Made by a program: the position numbers and the translations under genes. From NCBI GenBank assembly GCA_048882965.1, contig JBHLRC010000001.1:18716-82715 (forward strand): a stretch of 64,000 nt of DNA, read 5' to 3'. Position 1 is the stretch's first letter. Every line of letters starts with the position of its first letter. A model generated the notes under the pieces. It saw only the letters and a program-made list of their open reading frames with translations, searched no databases and had not been told where the DNA came from. Shown here one piece after another: positions 26,255 through 36,002 of the stretch. The stretch comes from Candidatus Thorarchaeota archaeon (GTDB lineage: Archaea > Asgardarchaeota > Thorarchaeia > Thorarchaeales > Thorarchaeaceae).

Positions 26255-26965
26255 ATGAAACAATTAGTAGGATTCTTGCTTGTCATTCTGTCAGTTGCAG
26301 TCTTTATACCAACAATGTCCTCTGCCGCGGAGGTATGGTCAGATGACTTTCAGGATGGAGATTATGTAGGCTGGACAGTCCTTACCGGAACATTCTCTGC
26401 TGAAAAACAATTCCTCCAGGGAGTGGAGTCTGAAGGATATCAATCAATTCAGCATAGTAGTTCAGTCGCGTATGGAAACTGGAGTTTTGATGTTTACCAC
26501 AATTCCTCCGTCGCCAGTCATTTCTATAGAGTCTATAGTTTCATGGCTGACGAATTAATAGAAGGATCAGTTGTGTACGCTGGTGTAATGGTCCCTCGCA
26601 ATGGATATAGCATAGATTTTGCGGCGCTAGGTGCAGATTTTAATAGATGGGAAAATGGAAGTCCTCTCACCCGTGGTGACTTTTCAATAACTTTCAGTGG
26701 ATGGCGAACTATAACCATCATTCGTGATCGTACGGGACACTTCGAATTCTATCTCAACGAAACTCTTGTTGAAGAAGCAGATGACACAACATACACAACA
26801 AGTGCGGTCTTCGGTTGGTGTTCCATGCCAGGAAATGCAATTGACAATATCATAGTCAGCGAATTTGAACCTAGTTTACTAACTATTGATCCGCTTCTCA
26901 TAGGAGCAGGAGTAGGGATAGCTGTCATCGTTATTGCAATTGTTGTATATTTCCGGAGAAGGTAA
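26255..26965 (+). CDS. Secreted/anchored ConA-like (LamG/DUF1080-like) domain protein
   Basis: Signal peptide (LLVILSVAVFIPTMSSA). WSDDFQDGDYVGWTVLTGTFSAEKQFLQG is typical of the start of a concanavalin-like jelly roll. C-terminal TM anchor followed by RRR. Confidence 0.55.
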   Translation: MKQLVGFLLVILSVAVFIPTMSSAAEVWSDDFQDGDYVGWTVLTGTFSAEKQFLQGVESEGYQSIQHSSSVAYGNWSFDVYHNSSVASHFYRVYSFMADELIEGSVVYAGVMVPRNGYSIDFAALGADFNRWENGSPLTRGDFSITFSGWRTITIIRDRTGHFEFYLNETLVEEADDTTYTTSAVFGWCSMPGNAIDNIIVSEFEPSLLTIDPLLIGAGVGIAVIVIAIVVYFRRR

Positions 26966-27060
26966 ACCCGAAGATTATCTCAAGGAGTCGAAGGTCGATT
27001 AATTAAACTCAATTTGGTCTTTCAAATCTTAAACAGATAGTATCAAAGGGATTGAAAGGT

Positions 27061-27465
27061 CTATACAATTGGCGGAACAAGTGTTTTGAATAAACTATCT
27101 TGTGGAAGATCATCAATATCTCTGAATGCAGTCCAGAGACCATCTCGAGACATAACACTCAGAGAGAATCCACCGCTATTCAGATGCAGGAGATATTCCA
27201 GATGTTGAATCAGATTTTGTACAAAACTCCTTACATCTTCCTCAGACTGAGGGTTTCGCTTAGAAGGAAGAGAGACCTCAACCTCAATCCTCCATTTACC
27301 TGTAGATTCGGAATCATAAACAGTAAGAATCCTGACCCAGTCATTTTGGCAGAGAACAGTTATGGATTCTTCACTCTCATCTAGTATGGGACTAGCAAGG
27401 GCGCGTTCACACTTCGACTTCAATTCGGAAAAGGTAGTCATTGTTGATAACACTCCAGAAGTCAT
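27061..27465 (-). CDS. Hypothetical protein, translationally coupled to the upstream wHTH regulator
   Basis: 4-nt ATGA overlap with 27462..27722. No family recognised. Confidence 0.45.
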   Translation of the reverse strand: MTSGVLSTMTTFSELKSKCERALASPILDESEESITVLCQNDWVRILTVYDSESTGKWRIEVEVSLPSKRNPQSEEDVRSFVQNLIQHLEYLLHLNSGGFSLSVMSRDGLWTAFRDIDDLPQDSLFKTLVPPIV

Positions 27466-27722
27466 TTCATTGTCAGTCCATATCGAGCAAAGACTGCTCT
27501 AGCCTTCTCCTGATTAACAACATACAGAGTGCGACGCATATCACCAAGATTAGGTACTTTCTGACAAATCGCCTTGTCAACCAAACGGTCTAAAGCAAAT
27601 GTGACTGTCCGAAGTGGTACATTTGCTTCCTTGCTGATTGACCTTGGAGGCAAAGGACCTCTCTTAGTTAAGCATTGTAAAACACGAAGAGCACTTTTGG
27701 GTAGTCTGATGGAAGTATGCAA
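27462..27722 (-). CDS. Small winged-helix transcriptional regulator (paralog 1)
   Basis: LRVLQCLTKRGPLPPRSISKEANVPLRTVTFALDRLVDKAICQKVPNLGDMRRTLYVV aligns along its length with 29083..29484. TTG start. Confidence 0.65.
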   Translation of the reverse strand: MHTSIRLPKSALRVLQCLTKRGPLPPRSISKEANVPLRTVTFALDRLVDKAICQKVPNLGDMRRTLYVVNQEKARAVFARYGLTMK

Positions 27723-27950
27723 TATTTACACCAACATGAAAATCATGATTACAGAGGTTTTGTATGCATGTTACGTCCAATGTTCAGAAACTGACGGAAA
27801 ATCTCAAGCACCAACGTAGTTTTCTGAACAAATAGATTCGGAAAATAGCCGAAGACACTGTGTTTTTTAGAAGCAGGGGGTTCTCAAGAAACCGATTGAT
27901 AGAAAACTGTTAACGAATTGATTTCAGAACACCTGATGAGGCTACATACT

Positions 27951-29081
27951 ATGAGTAGCGTTTGGACAAAAGCAAGGAAAAATACTCCTGAGATTGATTG
28001 TGGTCTCTGTGGGTACACAACTTGTGGAGCCTTTGCCCGTCTAGTAGTAGAAGGAGATGCCAAGATATCAGCATGTCCAGTTCTCAACCTGCAACAATAT
28101 GCAGATCAGAGAAACTCACTTGAAATCCTATCGAATGAAACAAAGAGCACTGAGAAACCAGCACCCGAACAGCCGGAAGGAGGAGTCTTATTGTCAAAAC
28201 CTTGCATGGACTCTCCAAATCTTCTGATGGCAGAAATGAGAATTTTCAATGGAGTTGCTGCAGGTGACCCAATGAAGTATGGTGTTCTTGATCCTGCAGT
28301 TCTTTGTTGGTTATTGGATTGTGTTTCATCGAGATATCAGGACATGAAGTGTAGTAAAGATCTTGCTTATGCATGGGGGAACATGGAAGAAATCAAGGTC
28401 CACATACTCAGGGATGGTAGGATTAGAATGCGGCGAGCGAGGGGAGCTAAGCATGCCCTTGACTCATTTAAGATAATAGAACGTACTGTCATGGGAGCAA
28501 TAATCTGCAATTGTTGTGGTCGAGATTTATTTACTGTATTGTCAGGCTTTGCTGTTCCAACTGGTTTGAAACACACAGTACTTGATGCTGGTAGTACTGT
28601 ATCTCTCAATCAAGACATGAGTGATTGGACACCTCAGAAACAGGATTTGAAAATAAAAGCGATCGACCAAATGATGAGCCTACTTGACGAACTTCATTCA
28701 GATTTAATCAATCAGCTGAATTTGATGGTTTTGAGAGATGTAACAAATGAGAACTTCCCAGATATTCGACCAAAGATATGCAAAATGATCAGTTTAATGG
28801 TTGATTCCATGGATCAAGATGTCGATATTGTATTCCTTAGAGGATTGGCTGTTGCATTCTTCATTAGTAATGCAATGGATGCGCTGAATGTATTGAATGG
28901 ATTACTACTGGAGGAACGAGCACCTGAAGCACTTATTGTTAATTTTCTCGAAGACGCCAAGAAGATGTCACTTCTCAACCATGAAGTGGAGTCACTTGAT
29001 GTTTCAGAAATATTACCATTTGCACATAGTCTACGTGTCGAAAGAGCAATACAGCTTTATGACAAATGGAAGAAGAAATGA
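27951..29081 (+). CDS. Protein with an N-terminal RnfB/AcsC-type putative Fe-S cluster domain and a C-terminal domain of unknown function
   Basis: CGLCGYTTCGAFARLVVEGDAKISACPV matches the C-x2-C-G-x3-C...C-P motif of the 'putative Fe-S cluster' domain found at RnfB and corrinoid Fe-S protein N-termini. The rest is unrecognised and helical at the C-terminus. Confidence 0.6.
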   Translation: MSSVWTKARKNTPEIDCGLCGYTTCGAFARLVVEGDAKISACPVLNLQQYADQRNSLEILSNETKSTEKPAPEQPEGGVLLSKPCMDSPNLLMAEMRIFNGVAAGDPMKYGVLDPAVLCWLLDCVSSRYQDMKCSKDLAYAWGNMEEIKVHILRDGRIRMRRARGAKHALDSFKIIERTVMGAIICNCCGRDLFTVLSGFAVPTGLKHTVLDAGSTVSLNQDMSDWTPQKQDLKIKAIDQMMSLLDELHSDLINQLNLMVLRDVTNENFPDIRPKICKMISLMVDSMDQDVDIVFLRGLAVAFFISNAMDALNVLNGLLLEERAPEALIVNFLEDAKKMSLLNHEVESLDVSEILPFAHSLRVERAIQLYDKWKKK

Positions 29082-29082
29082 C

Positions 29083-29484
29083 CTATGCTAGCTTACGCCA
29101 TGCCATAGGAGAGATACTAGCTACATATGGTGTGTCCTTGTATTTCTCCAACAAACCCTTTGCTTGTTCCATATTCACATGATATTTTGGACGACGCATA
29201 TCATGCAGATTTGGAATTCTTCGTAGAATCTTCTCTCTGAGTAATTTTCTGAGGGCAAAACTCACTGTGCGTGGAGCCATGTCTAGCTTTACGCTGAGTT
29301 CTTTTGGACACATGGGACCCTCACAGATCAGTGTACTTAGGATTGCAAACGTACTTTTCGGAGTTCTTCCAGATCGTAATGACACCTCTTTCAATCCACC
29401 TGTATTCTTTCGGTCAATTATGACATGGATGGATAGAATATCTATTTGCGTGAAATAAGCGGTTTTGAAATCTACAATAAACAC
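29083..29484 (-). CDS. Winged-helix transcriptional regulator (paralog 2)
   Basis: FAILSTLICEGPMCPKELSVKLDMAPRTVSFALRKLLREKILRRIPNLHDMRRPKYHV is paralogous to 27462..27722. The start is uncertain (GTG at 29484). Confidence 0.6.
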   Translation of the reverse strand: MFIVDFKTAYFTQIDILSIHVIIDRKNTGGLKEVSLRSGRTPKSTFAILSTLICEGPMCPKELSVKLDMAPRTVSFALRKLLREKILRRIPNLHDMRRPKYHVNMEQAKGLLEKYKDTPYVASISPMAWRKLA

Positions 29485-29586
29485 ATTATGGGTAGCTCAA
29501 AAACGAAGCATTCACTGCGGTTTTGGGACTTTCATAATAATATGCTACTGTCCCAAAACATATCAGGAAAATCGCATTGTTCAAGC

Positions 29587-29955
29587 ATGGTGAGTGGATT
29601 GGCCGGGATTGTGTTCTTTAGAACCACGATGCTCAATGAAATCGTAGAGTTCTATGTCACTGATGTTGGTATGCGTGTATGGCTTGAACAGGAGGATTGT
29701 GTTGTTCTTAGCCATGGCAATCTGCTCTTAGGATTCTGTGATCGCGAAACCCCTGAAATAGATGGAATGATCACATTCTTCTATCCAACAAAGGAGGATG
29801 TTGATGGGATGTATGATATGCTGAGCCATATAGCTACATCGGAACCTAGAGTTTCTGAAAAATATGAAATATACCAGTTCTTTGCTCAAGATCCAGAAGG
29901 TAGAGCAATTGAATTTCAGGCCTTTTTACGACCAATTGAGCCAATTGAATTCTAG
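29587..29955 (+). CDS. Glyoxalase/VOC-family protein
   Basis: Paired beta-alpha-beta-beta-beta pattern ending in YQFFAQDPEGRAIEFQ, which is typical of the VOC family. I chose ATG at 29587 over the extended ORF from 29446. Confidence 0.55.
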   Translation: MVSGLAGIVFFRTTMLNEIVEFYVTDVGMRVWLEQEDCVVLSHGNLLLGFCDRETPEIDGMITFFYPTKEDVDGMYDMLSHIATSEPRVSEKYEIYQFFAQDPEGRAIEFQAFLRPIEPIEF

Positions 29956-30189
29956 TGGGCTATAATGTCTTTCGAAAATGGCCGCACAGAGCCATCTGAA
30001 CAGCCAATGTAGATGAATTTCTTATCAGATGTCATAGCAACAATCCGTTGAAATTAACATCCATGCACAGGGTTTCTACCAAGTTTCTGTTTTCGTATAT
30101 TCGGAGAGTTGAGTCATCTGAGGCAGAATAGACAAAGCAGTTGTCAGATACAATTGTATATACATTTTACCGGATTTGGAAAGTCCCGG
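29956..30189 (-). pseudogene. Possible decayed beta-propeller (WD40-like) repeat remnant
   Basis: Minus-strand translations in two different frames give blade-like peptides: NVYTIVSDNCFVYSASDDSTLRIYENRNLVETL and IVAMTSDKKFIYIGCSDGSVRPFSKD. They are interrupted by stops. The upstream ORF ends in GWSPESSTLVAI. Confidence 0.3.
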
Positions 30190-30762
30190 TCAAATAGCAA
30201 CGAGCGTACTGCTCTCTGGGGACCAGCCAAGTTCTTTTGCAGTCTTCATTGCTTGACTGGCTTCAGAATATTTCCCAGTAATCCATAGAAGAACACGTAA
30301 TTGATTCCAGAGGTCGGGATTTTCTTTATCGTCTTTAATCTCAGCCTTTACACGTTTCACCATCTTTCTGTATTCTTTCTTTTCAAGTCGTCGTGATTCA
30401 TCGGCTTTCTTGAGAACATCTTGAATTTGTTGACTCAGAATACCTATTGGATGATTAACAAATTCATCAGGTCTGTCACGCATGAATTCATTGATGGCGG
30501 ATTTAGGGGTGTCCTTTACCCTCCAGAGCCCTCCTGTGACTAACTGTTTCTCATAATCATGCTGCATGAACTGCATTAGCTCTTGGAGGTTTTTGGTCAC
30601 TGGATGATCATCGCCGAGGGTTTTCATGCACCAGTCCAACTCTCTATATACAAGCTCACACCCGACATTGTAAAGCACACTTGGTGTAGCATCTAACTTC
30701 TTCAAGTCATTCATAAGGTCCTTGACCGTGTATAGTTTCCTATCCGGAAATTTCGTTGGCAC
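30190..30762 (-). CDS. Hypothetical helical protein, possibly the N-terminal remnant of a longer repeat protein
   Basis: 190-aa ATG-initiated ORF with no family recognised. See the adjacent candidate pseudogene. Confidence 0.4.
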   Translation of the reverse strand: MPTKFPDRKLYTVKDLMNDLKKLDATPSVLYNVGCELVYRELDWCMKTLGDDHPVTKNLQELMQFMQHDYEKQLVTGGLWRVKDTPKSAINEFMRDRPDEFVNHPIGILSQQIQDVLKKADESRRLEKKEYRKMVKRVKAEIKDDKENPDLWNQLRVLLWITGKYSEASQAMKTAKELGWSPESSTLVAI

Positions 30763-30851
30763 TGCAGATTCACCTACCGATGATAGCTAGTTTATCGTTA
30801 TTTTCGTAGATAAATTAACTCAGCGTGTAGTTTCTCCTTGCAAGATGATGG

Positions 30852-32195
30852 TCAATCGCCAATTCGTTGGACATATTTCTCGATATCGAATTTCCTTTTG
30901 AGACCCTTGTCATTCATGTACCGTACTTTTCCAAATACTTCACGTTCTTTCCATGCTCTATCATGTTTTCCAAAACACCAAGCAATACCAGTGTAACCAT
31001 TTGGGTCTCTACCATCAAGTTCGTACCTATCATTCAAGGTAATGCTAATCCTATATGCTTCCTCAGGAGAGTCAGTCCACTCTAGAATCTTCTTTCCCCA
31101 GTACATTCTCATATAACCATGCATCTTTCCGAATCTGGTCATCTCCTTTTGAGCCGCATTCCAATAGGAGTCATGAGTTGCTGCCTTTTCCAATTCATGA
31201 TAGGAGTAAGTGTATTCTCTGGAGTCTAGTGCATGAAGATCAAGTGTATCTTTTGCCCAGTTCGGGAGACATTCAATATTGTCATAATTCCCGTTGAAGA
31301 ACACGAAATTCATACTTAGTTCCCTCCGAACAATAAGCTCTTCGAGGTAAGTTTCAGAGCCTGGACTTTTAGTTTTCAAGACTTCAAGCGCTATTTCTAA
31401 GGGAGATATTTGACCAAAATGGAGATACGGACTCATATTCGAAAGGTGGTCTTGAGAGGGATCATTACGCAATGTGTCAAATACATCCAAATCAGTCTGG
31501 ATGAACTCCTTTAGCAGCTTCCGAGCCTGATTTGTGCCACCTCTGAAACGGATATCTTGGTTTATTCGGTTCTTAATACGAAGTTTGCGTAGAACATCAC
31601 TTATGTCTGTGAGTTCGATTGAGTCAACACCTTGTTCTTCGTATCGCTGTTTGACCTTCCGTTTTCTCAGAGGTTCTAGATTGTTGTCAATCAATCTTCC
31701 AATCTTTGGACGAATTGTTCCAGCTGAGTATTCCTCCTTCTGTGAAACAGTTTCAATAGGAACAACAACATTAGATTCGACTTGGATTAGTGGACAGTCA
31801 ACAGAATCAGCAACTTTTCGTCGCCATGCTCTTTGTTCTCGTTGATAATCTCTATCAACAACAACCAGAGATGCATCTTCAGCTAGAAGGGGAATTTCCT
31901 TTGTAGGATGAACCATATTTACTGTGAAGCCGACACCGCGTTTCATCAGTGACTGTTTTACTTCAGAGAGACCTTCGAGCATAAATCGATAATGCGATTC
32001 GTTGGCATAGGGATAATTGTCAAGCAGACAAAATGTCGTGAGGAGGGGTTTCTTGAGAAGATTAGATTGATCAATAGCATATTCCAATGCATGATTGTAT
32101 TCAGTCCTTTGAGAAGCTTGCATCCAATAGAGGACGAAGTCACCCATCTTCAATTCATTATCATTCAATTTTTGTAATCGATCAGTGCGAATCAA
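30852..32195 (-). CDS. phr: Class II CPD photolyase
   Basis: FVLYWMQASQR, NMSPYLHFGQISP and GKMHGYMRMYWGKKILEW...NDRYELDGRDPNGYTGIAW closely match class II photolyases such as the Methanosarcina enzyme as I recall it. Alignment of the N-terminus supports the TTG start at 32195. Confidence 0.9.
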   Translation of the reverse strand: MIRTDRLQKLNDNELKMGDFVLYWMQASQRTEYNHALEYAIDQSNLLKKPLLTTFCLLDNYPYANESHYRFMLEGLSEVKQSLMKRGVGFTVNMVHPTKEIPLLAEDASLVVVDRDYQREQRAWRRKVADSVDCPLIQVESNVVVPIETVSQKEEYSAGTIRPKIGRLIDNNLEPLRKRKVKQRYEEQGVDSIELTDISDVLRKLRIKNRINQDIRFRGGTNQARKLLKEFIQTDLDVFDTLRNDPSQDHLSNMSPYLHFGQISPLEIALEVLKTKSPGSETYLEELIVRRELSMNFVFFNGNYDNIECLPNWAKDTLDLHALDSREYTYSYHELEKAATHDSYWNAAQKEMTRFGKMHGYMRMYWGKKILEWTDSPEEAYRISITLNDRYELDGRDPNGYTGIAWCFGKHDRAWKEREVFGKVRYMNDKGLKRKFDIEKYVQRIGD

Positions 32196-32241
32196 TTCAA
32201 GTCACCAGTCCGATTTCACTCCTAATGAACGCTTAGTTTTC

Positions 32242-33021
32242 TTAGAGTGGGATCTGCCAAAGTAACCAAGGGGGAAGTGTAGCGAATAATCGAACATAAA
32301 TGACAAAGACCAAGGTGATTAGAGAAACGAGAACAACTACCCAGTCACTTTTCTTGAACCTTAGAACATTCATGTAAGTTCGTTTCTCACTTGCACCAAA
32401 TCCTCTAGATTCCATACTCTCAGCTATTGACAATGCACGTCTGATTGATACGATTATCAAAGGAACAATGATAGGAACAATGTTACGAATCCGTTTTAAT
32501 AGACTCCCTTTATCAAGTTCCACACCGCGGGCTTTCTGAGCATCCATTATCGCATATGCTTCCTGACCCAGTGTTGGGACATATCTCATTGCCATGCTCA
32601 TTGCAAATGCAAATTCGAACCTTACACGCATCTGAATAAGAGCTTGTGAAAGCTCATCTGGATGAACAGTAAGGAAGAATACAGAGAATGATGTCATCAA
32701 TGCAATGAGCCGAAGGGTAAGAGCCACAGAGTGTGAGAATGGATTAGTGTGTGTTGATAACAGTGTATTGAATACGATGATGAAGATCAAAAGCACTGAG
32801 ATACTCTTCATGCTGCGAGACCAACGTCGTAATGACTTGGCAGCCGCAATGATTGGAATAAGACAACAGATGATAAACAATAGAGGGATAATTGACAGAA
32901 ACAGGAGTGAAACCACTGCTAAAACCACAGACATAAACAGCTTAGCCCTTGGATCTAATCGGTGGATAACAGAGTCCTGACGTGTATACTGAAAGACCTC
33001 TAGAAACGAAATCTCATCCAC
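32242..33021 (-). CDS. ecfT: ECF transporter transmembrane (T) component
   Basis: CbiQ/EcfT-like polytopic protein with ARG...R motifs (DAQKARGV, ESMESRGF). It overlaps the upstream ATPase gene by 8 nt. Confidence 0.8.
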   Translation of the reverse strand: MDEISFLEVFQYTRQDSVIHRLDPRAKLFMSVVLAVVSLLFLSIIPLLFIICCLIPIIAAAKSLRRWSRSMKSISVLLIFIIVFNTLLSTHTNPFSHSVALTLRLIALMTSFSVFFLTVHPDELSQALIQMRVRFEFAFAMSMAMRYVPTLGQEAYAIMDAQKARGVELDKGSLLKRIRNIVPIIVPLIIVSIRRALSIAESMESRGFGASEKRTYMNVLRFKKSDWVVVLVSLITLVFVIYVRLFATLPPWLLWQIPL

Positions 33022-33838
33022 CTCCTAAGACCTGCACAACGACAGCTTCCAAGTCATCCATCAGTGTCAGCCTTTCAGGAACTTCTGGAAATGCAGCATG
33101 TAAATGTCTGGCAGTTTCTGTCAGTTGTGGTCTTGTGAGAGAACACCGCTCTAGCACATCGTCATTACTCAAAACCGAATTTGTTGCACCATCAGCCACG
33201 ATTCTACCATTTGCCATTGCGATTGTACGCGGAAAGTTCTCAATCACAAACTCGATGTCATGTGTGACCACAATCACAGCCTTACCTTTCTCATTCAAAC
33301 CCCTGAGCATCTTGGCAAGATTTTCCTTTTGTCGTGCGTCTTGACCAATTGTAGGTTCATCCAAGGAGAGGATTCTTGGTTCCGTAGCCAGGACCGAGGC
33401 GAGTGCGACCCGTTTTCGTTCCCCTCCTGACAAAGTGAAGGGGGAACGTTCTGAGAGGTCTTCGAGACCGAGATTGTTAAGCGTACGTTCACATTGCTCT
33501 CTAGCCGCCTCTTTTGAGTAGCCCAAGTTCTCAAGACTGAACAAAACCTCTCGCTCAACACTGTCGAGGAATAGTTGGTGATCGGGATTCTGCATTACAA
33601 GTCCAATCTGCCGGGCTAATTCAGCCACTGAGTAATGTTTTGTGTCAACGCCATCTAGAATTACCCGACCTTGGTCTGGGCGTAGTAGACCATTGAAATG
33701 TTTCACAAGTGTTGTCTTTCCAGCACCATTGCTTCCCACTATTGCGATACGTTCACCATCATCAATCTGGAGAGATACACCTCGCAAAGCTGTGTAAAGG
33801 CCATCATAGGCAAAATGCACATTCTCCAGGAGTATCAT
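33014..33838 (-). CDS. ecfA2: ECF transporter ATPase component
   Basis: Walker A GSNGAGKTT, signature LSGGERKR, Walker B ILSLDEPT. 4-nt overlap with the upstream ATPase gene. Confidence 0.85.
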   Translation of the reverse strand: MILLENVHFAYDGLYTALRGVSLQIDDGERIAIVGSNGAGKTTLVKHFNGLLRPDQGRVILDGVDTKHYSVAELARQIGLVMQNPDHQLFLDSVEREVLFSLENLGYSKEAAREQCERTLNNLGLEDLSERSPFTLSGGERKRVALASVLATEPRILSLDEPTIGQDARQKENLAKMLRGLNEKGKAVIVVTHDIEFVIENFPRTIAMANGRIVADGATNSVLSNDDVLERCSLTRPQLTETARHLHAAFPEVPERLTLMDDLEAVVVQVLGGG

Positions 33839-34677
33839 CTCTGGTTGACCTCCTGAACAAGTTCGGCTAGTTCAGCACCTGTGAGTGGCACTTTGGTGAG
33901 GTTGATTCCGTGGTTTCTAAGTCGTTTATAGAGTTGAGTTGCTTTGGGAACTCCAATGCCAATTTCTTGGCAACGATCCATAGTCAGCACTTCTCTTGGT
34001 TCACCATCTGCAACTATACAACCCTTGTCCATCAAGATGATTCGTGATGCATCCTTCGATACAAGGTCAAGTCGATGCTCAACAAGAACAACTGTCATGT
34101 CACGCTTGTTTAAATCTGAAATCAACTCAAGAATCGTTTTGGCACTTTGCGGGTCCAGATTGGAGGTTGGCTCATCAGCAACTAGCACCTTTGGTTTGAG
34201 TGCTAATGTGGCCGCCATGGCCACACGCTGTTGTTCACCACCGGACATTTCATGGGGATGTTTATCTCGTAGGTGGTCCAAATCCAACATATCTATCAGT
34301 TCCTCAACCCTTCGACGCACCTCATCTGGCTCAATACCAAGATTCTCCGGGCCAAAAGCAATCTCCCGTTCAACATTAAGTGTCACAAGCTGGTTTTCTG
34401 GTTGTTGAAAAACCAATCCAGCAGTAGGAGCAAGTTCTGCTACATTGTTTTCCCGAGTGTTCTTGCCATCAACTATGACGTTTCCAGCTATGTAACCACG
34501 ATGAAACTGGGGGACCAAACCATTCATTGCTCGACACAATGTTGTCTTCCCGCAGCCACTTGGTCCAGTGACAACAATATATTCGCCCTCATCAACACTG
34601 AGATTTATCTTCCTCAGAGCCAGAGAGTCCGCTCCCAGATACTTGAAACTGAAATCTACGAACTCTATCAAGGGCAT
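33835..34677 (-). CDS. ecfA1: ECF transporter ATPase component
   Basis: Walker A GPSGCGKTT, signature MSGGEQQR, Walker B VLVADEPT. Confidence 0.85.
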   Translation of the reverse strand: MPLIEFVDFSFKYLGADSLALRKINLSVDEGEYIVVTGPSGCGKTTLCRAMNGLVPQFHRGYIAGNVIVDGKNTRENNVAELAPTAGLVFQQPENQLVTLNVEREIAFGPENLGIEPDEVRRRVEELIDMLDLDHLRDKHPHEMSGGEQQRVAMAATLALKPKVLVADEPTSNLDPQSAKTILELISDLNKRDMTVVLVEHRLDLVSKDASRIILMDKGCIVADGEPREVLTMDRCQEIGIGVPKATQLYKRLRNHGINLTKVPLTGAELAELVQEVNQR

Positions 34678-34689
34678 ACTGGTATCCTC

Positions 34690-35694
34690 CTATGACTGAT
34701 TCCCAGAAGACCTGGTCTTTGCTTCAACAGCCCCCCTAATGAGCTCTACCGAATGGTCCATAGCCTTCTCTAGGTTACATTTCCCATTGGCGCCTGCCGC
34801 ATTAGCATGACCTCCTCCCTTACCCTCGATTAATTCACCGATTGGCTCCATTATATCAGAACCAAGACTGATTCCTGTTCTTTCGGAGAACTCTCTAGTA
34901 CTGCGAGAGCTGAAACGAACAACATCCTTAGATGGACTTCCACCAATAATTGCAACATCTGCTCCTAGTTCGATTAGTCCTCTGCAGGCACTTGCCTCAA
35001 ATGCATTGATCTTTGAAAGAGCCAAGATCCAGTCACCAACAAGATGTACCTTCACCCTACCTGCAGCTTTTAGTCGGGCAATTCTTTCCGACCTGTCTGG
35101 TTTGATTATAAGAGAACGAACACACCGTTCATAGTCAGCACCTGCAGTGATGAGATTAATTGCTGTCGATAGCGTTCCAACGTCTGCATAGAAGAACCGA
35201 CGCGTATCAAAAATTATACCCGTCAGTAATAGATTAGCAGTGTCTTGGTCAATCTGGATACCAAAGTCAGAGTAGATCTTGGCAATAATCTCACATGTGG
35301 ATGACTTTTCCTCACTCACGATTTGATGTTCCGAGATACTATCAATCTCAGGAGTGCGTTCATGATGATCAATGACAACGGTCATGCTAGGATTATTAGG
35401 AATATCTTGAAGAGAACTCCCAAGTTGGAATCTACTATTGGTGTCCAGAAGAATGAGAAGGTCATGAGATGACTCAGGAGTACTTGTTATCTCTGTCTGA
35501 GGTGCGAAGGTACTCAATACCTGATTAGACAAACGGCTGATATCATCTGCAGCTAGTTGGTAGGTGCCATCCGGATTAATTTTCTTATAGAGTCTGGCAA
35601 AAGCAATCATCGCACATATAGCATCAGGGTCGGCGTTCTGGTGTCCCATAATGAGTGGTTTCTTAGAACCTTTCAGAAGGGACACAAGACTCAT
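34690..35694 (-). CDS. DHH/DHHA1 phosphoesterase (NrnA/RecJ-like)
   Basis: DHH motifs HQNADPDAICA, DHH (IDHHE) and DHHA1 GGGHANAAG. Confidence 0.8.
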   Translation of the reverse strand: MSLVSLLKGSKKPLIMGHQNADPDAICAMIAFARLYKKINPDGTYQLAADDISRLSNQVLSTFAPQTEITSTPESSHDLLILLDTNSRFQLGSSLQDIPNNPSMTVVIDHHERTPEIDSISEHQIVSEEKSSTCEIIAKIYSDFGIQIDQDTANLLLTGIIFDTRRFFYADVGTLSTAINLITAGADYERCVRSLIIKPDRSERIARLKAAGRVKVHLVGDWILALSKINAFEASACRGLIELGADVAIIGGSPSKDVVRFSSRSTREFSERTGISLGSDIMEPIGELIEGKGGGHANAAGANGKCNLEKAMDHSVELIRGAVEAKTRSSGNQS

Positions 35695-36002
35695 TGTTTC
35701 TTCATCTCCGCCAGCTGATTCTCAAGCCATTCTACTCCAAAATCTGTAGCCTCTTGCAGCAAATCATCAAGTGAATGACCAGTATCGAACAGTTGGCGTA
35801 TCTCAAGCTGGACATCCAAGTCTAGTTGATTATCCATGAGGTCCAATGTACAGCTAACAAATAGAACATCAATACTTTTCTCAGGAATCTTCTTCAAAAT
35901 GAGTCTGCTAATCTGTTCCTCGCATTCCTCTGTTAGATGTTCAATGACTTCCTCAGACAGTTCAGGAAGTCCTATACTAATTGTAGGACTCATCATTCTC
36001 AC
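35691..36002 (-). CDS. Small acidic archaeal protein (DUF3194-like) of the prefoldin/Pcc1 neighbourhood
   Basis: 4-nt overlaps with both neighbours. The family assignment comes from gene context and recall only. Confidence 0.4.
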   Translation of the reverse strand: MRMMSPTISIGLPELSEEVIEHLTEECEEQISRLILKKIPEKSIDVLFVSCTLDLMDNQLDLDVQLEIRQLFDTGHSLDDLLQEATDFGVEWLENQLAEMKKQ

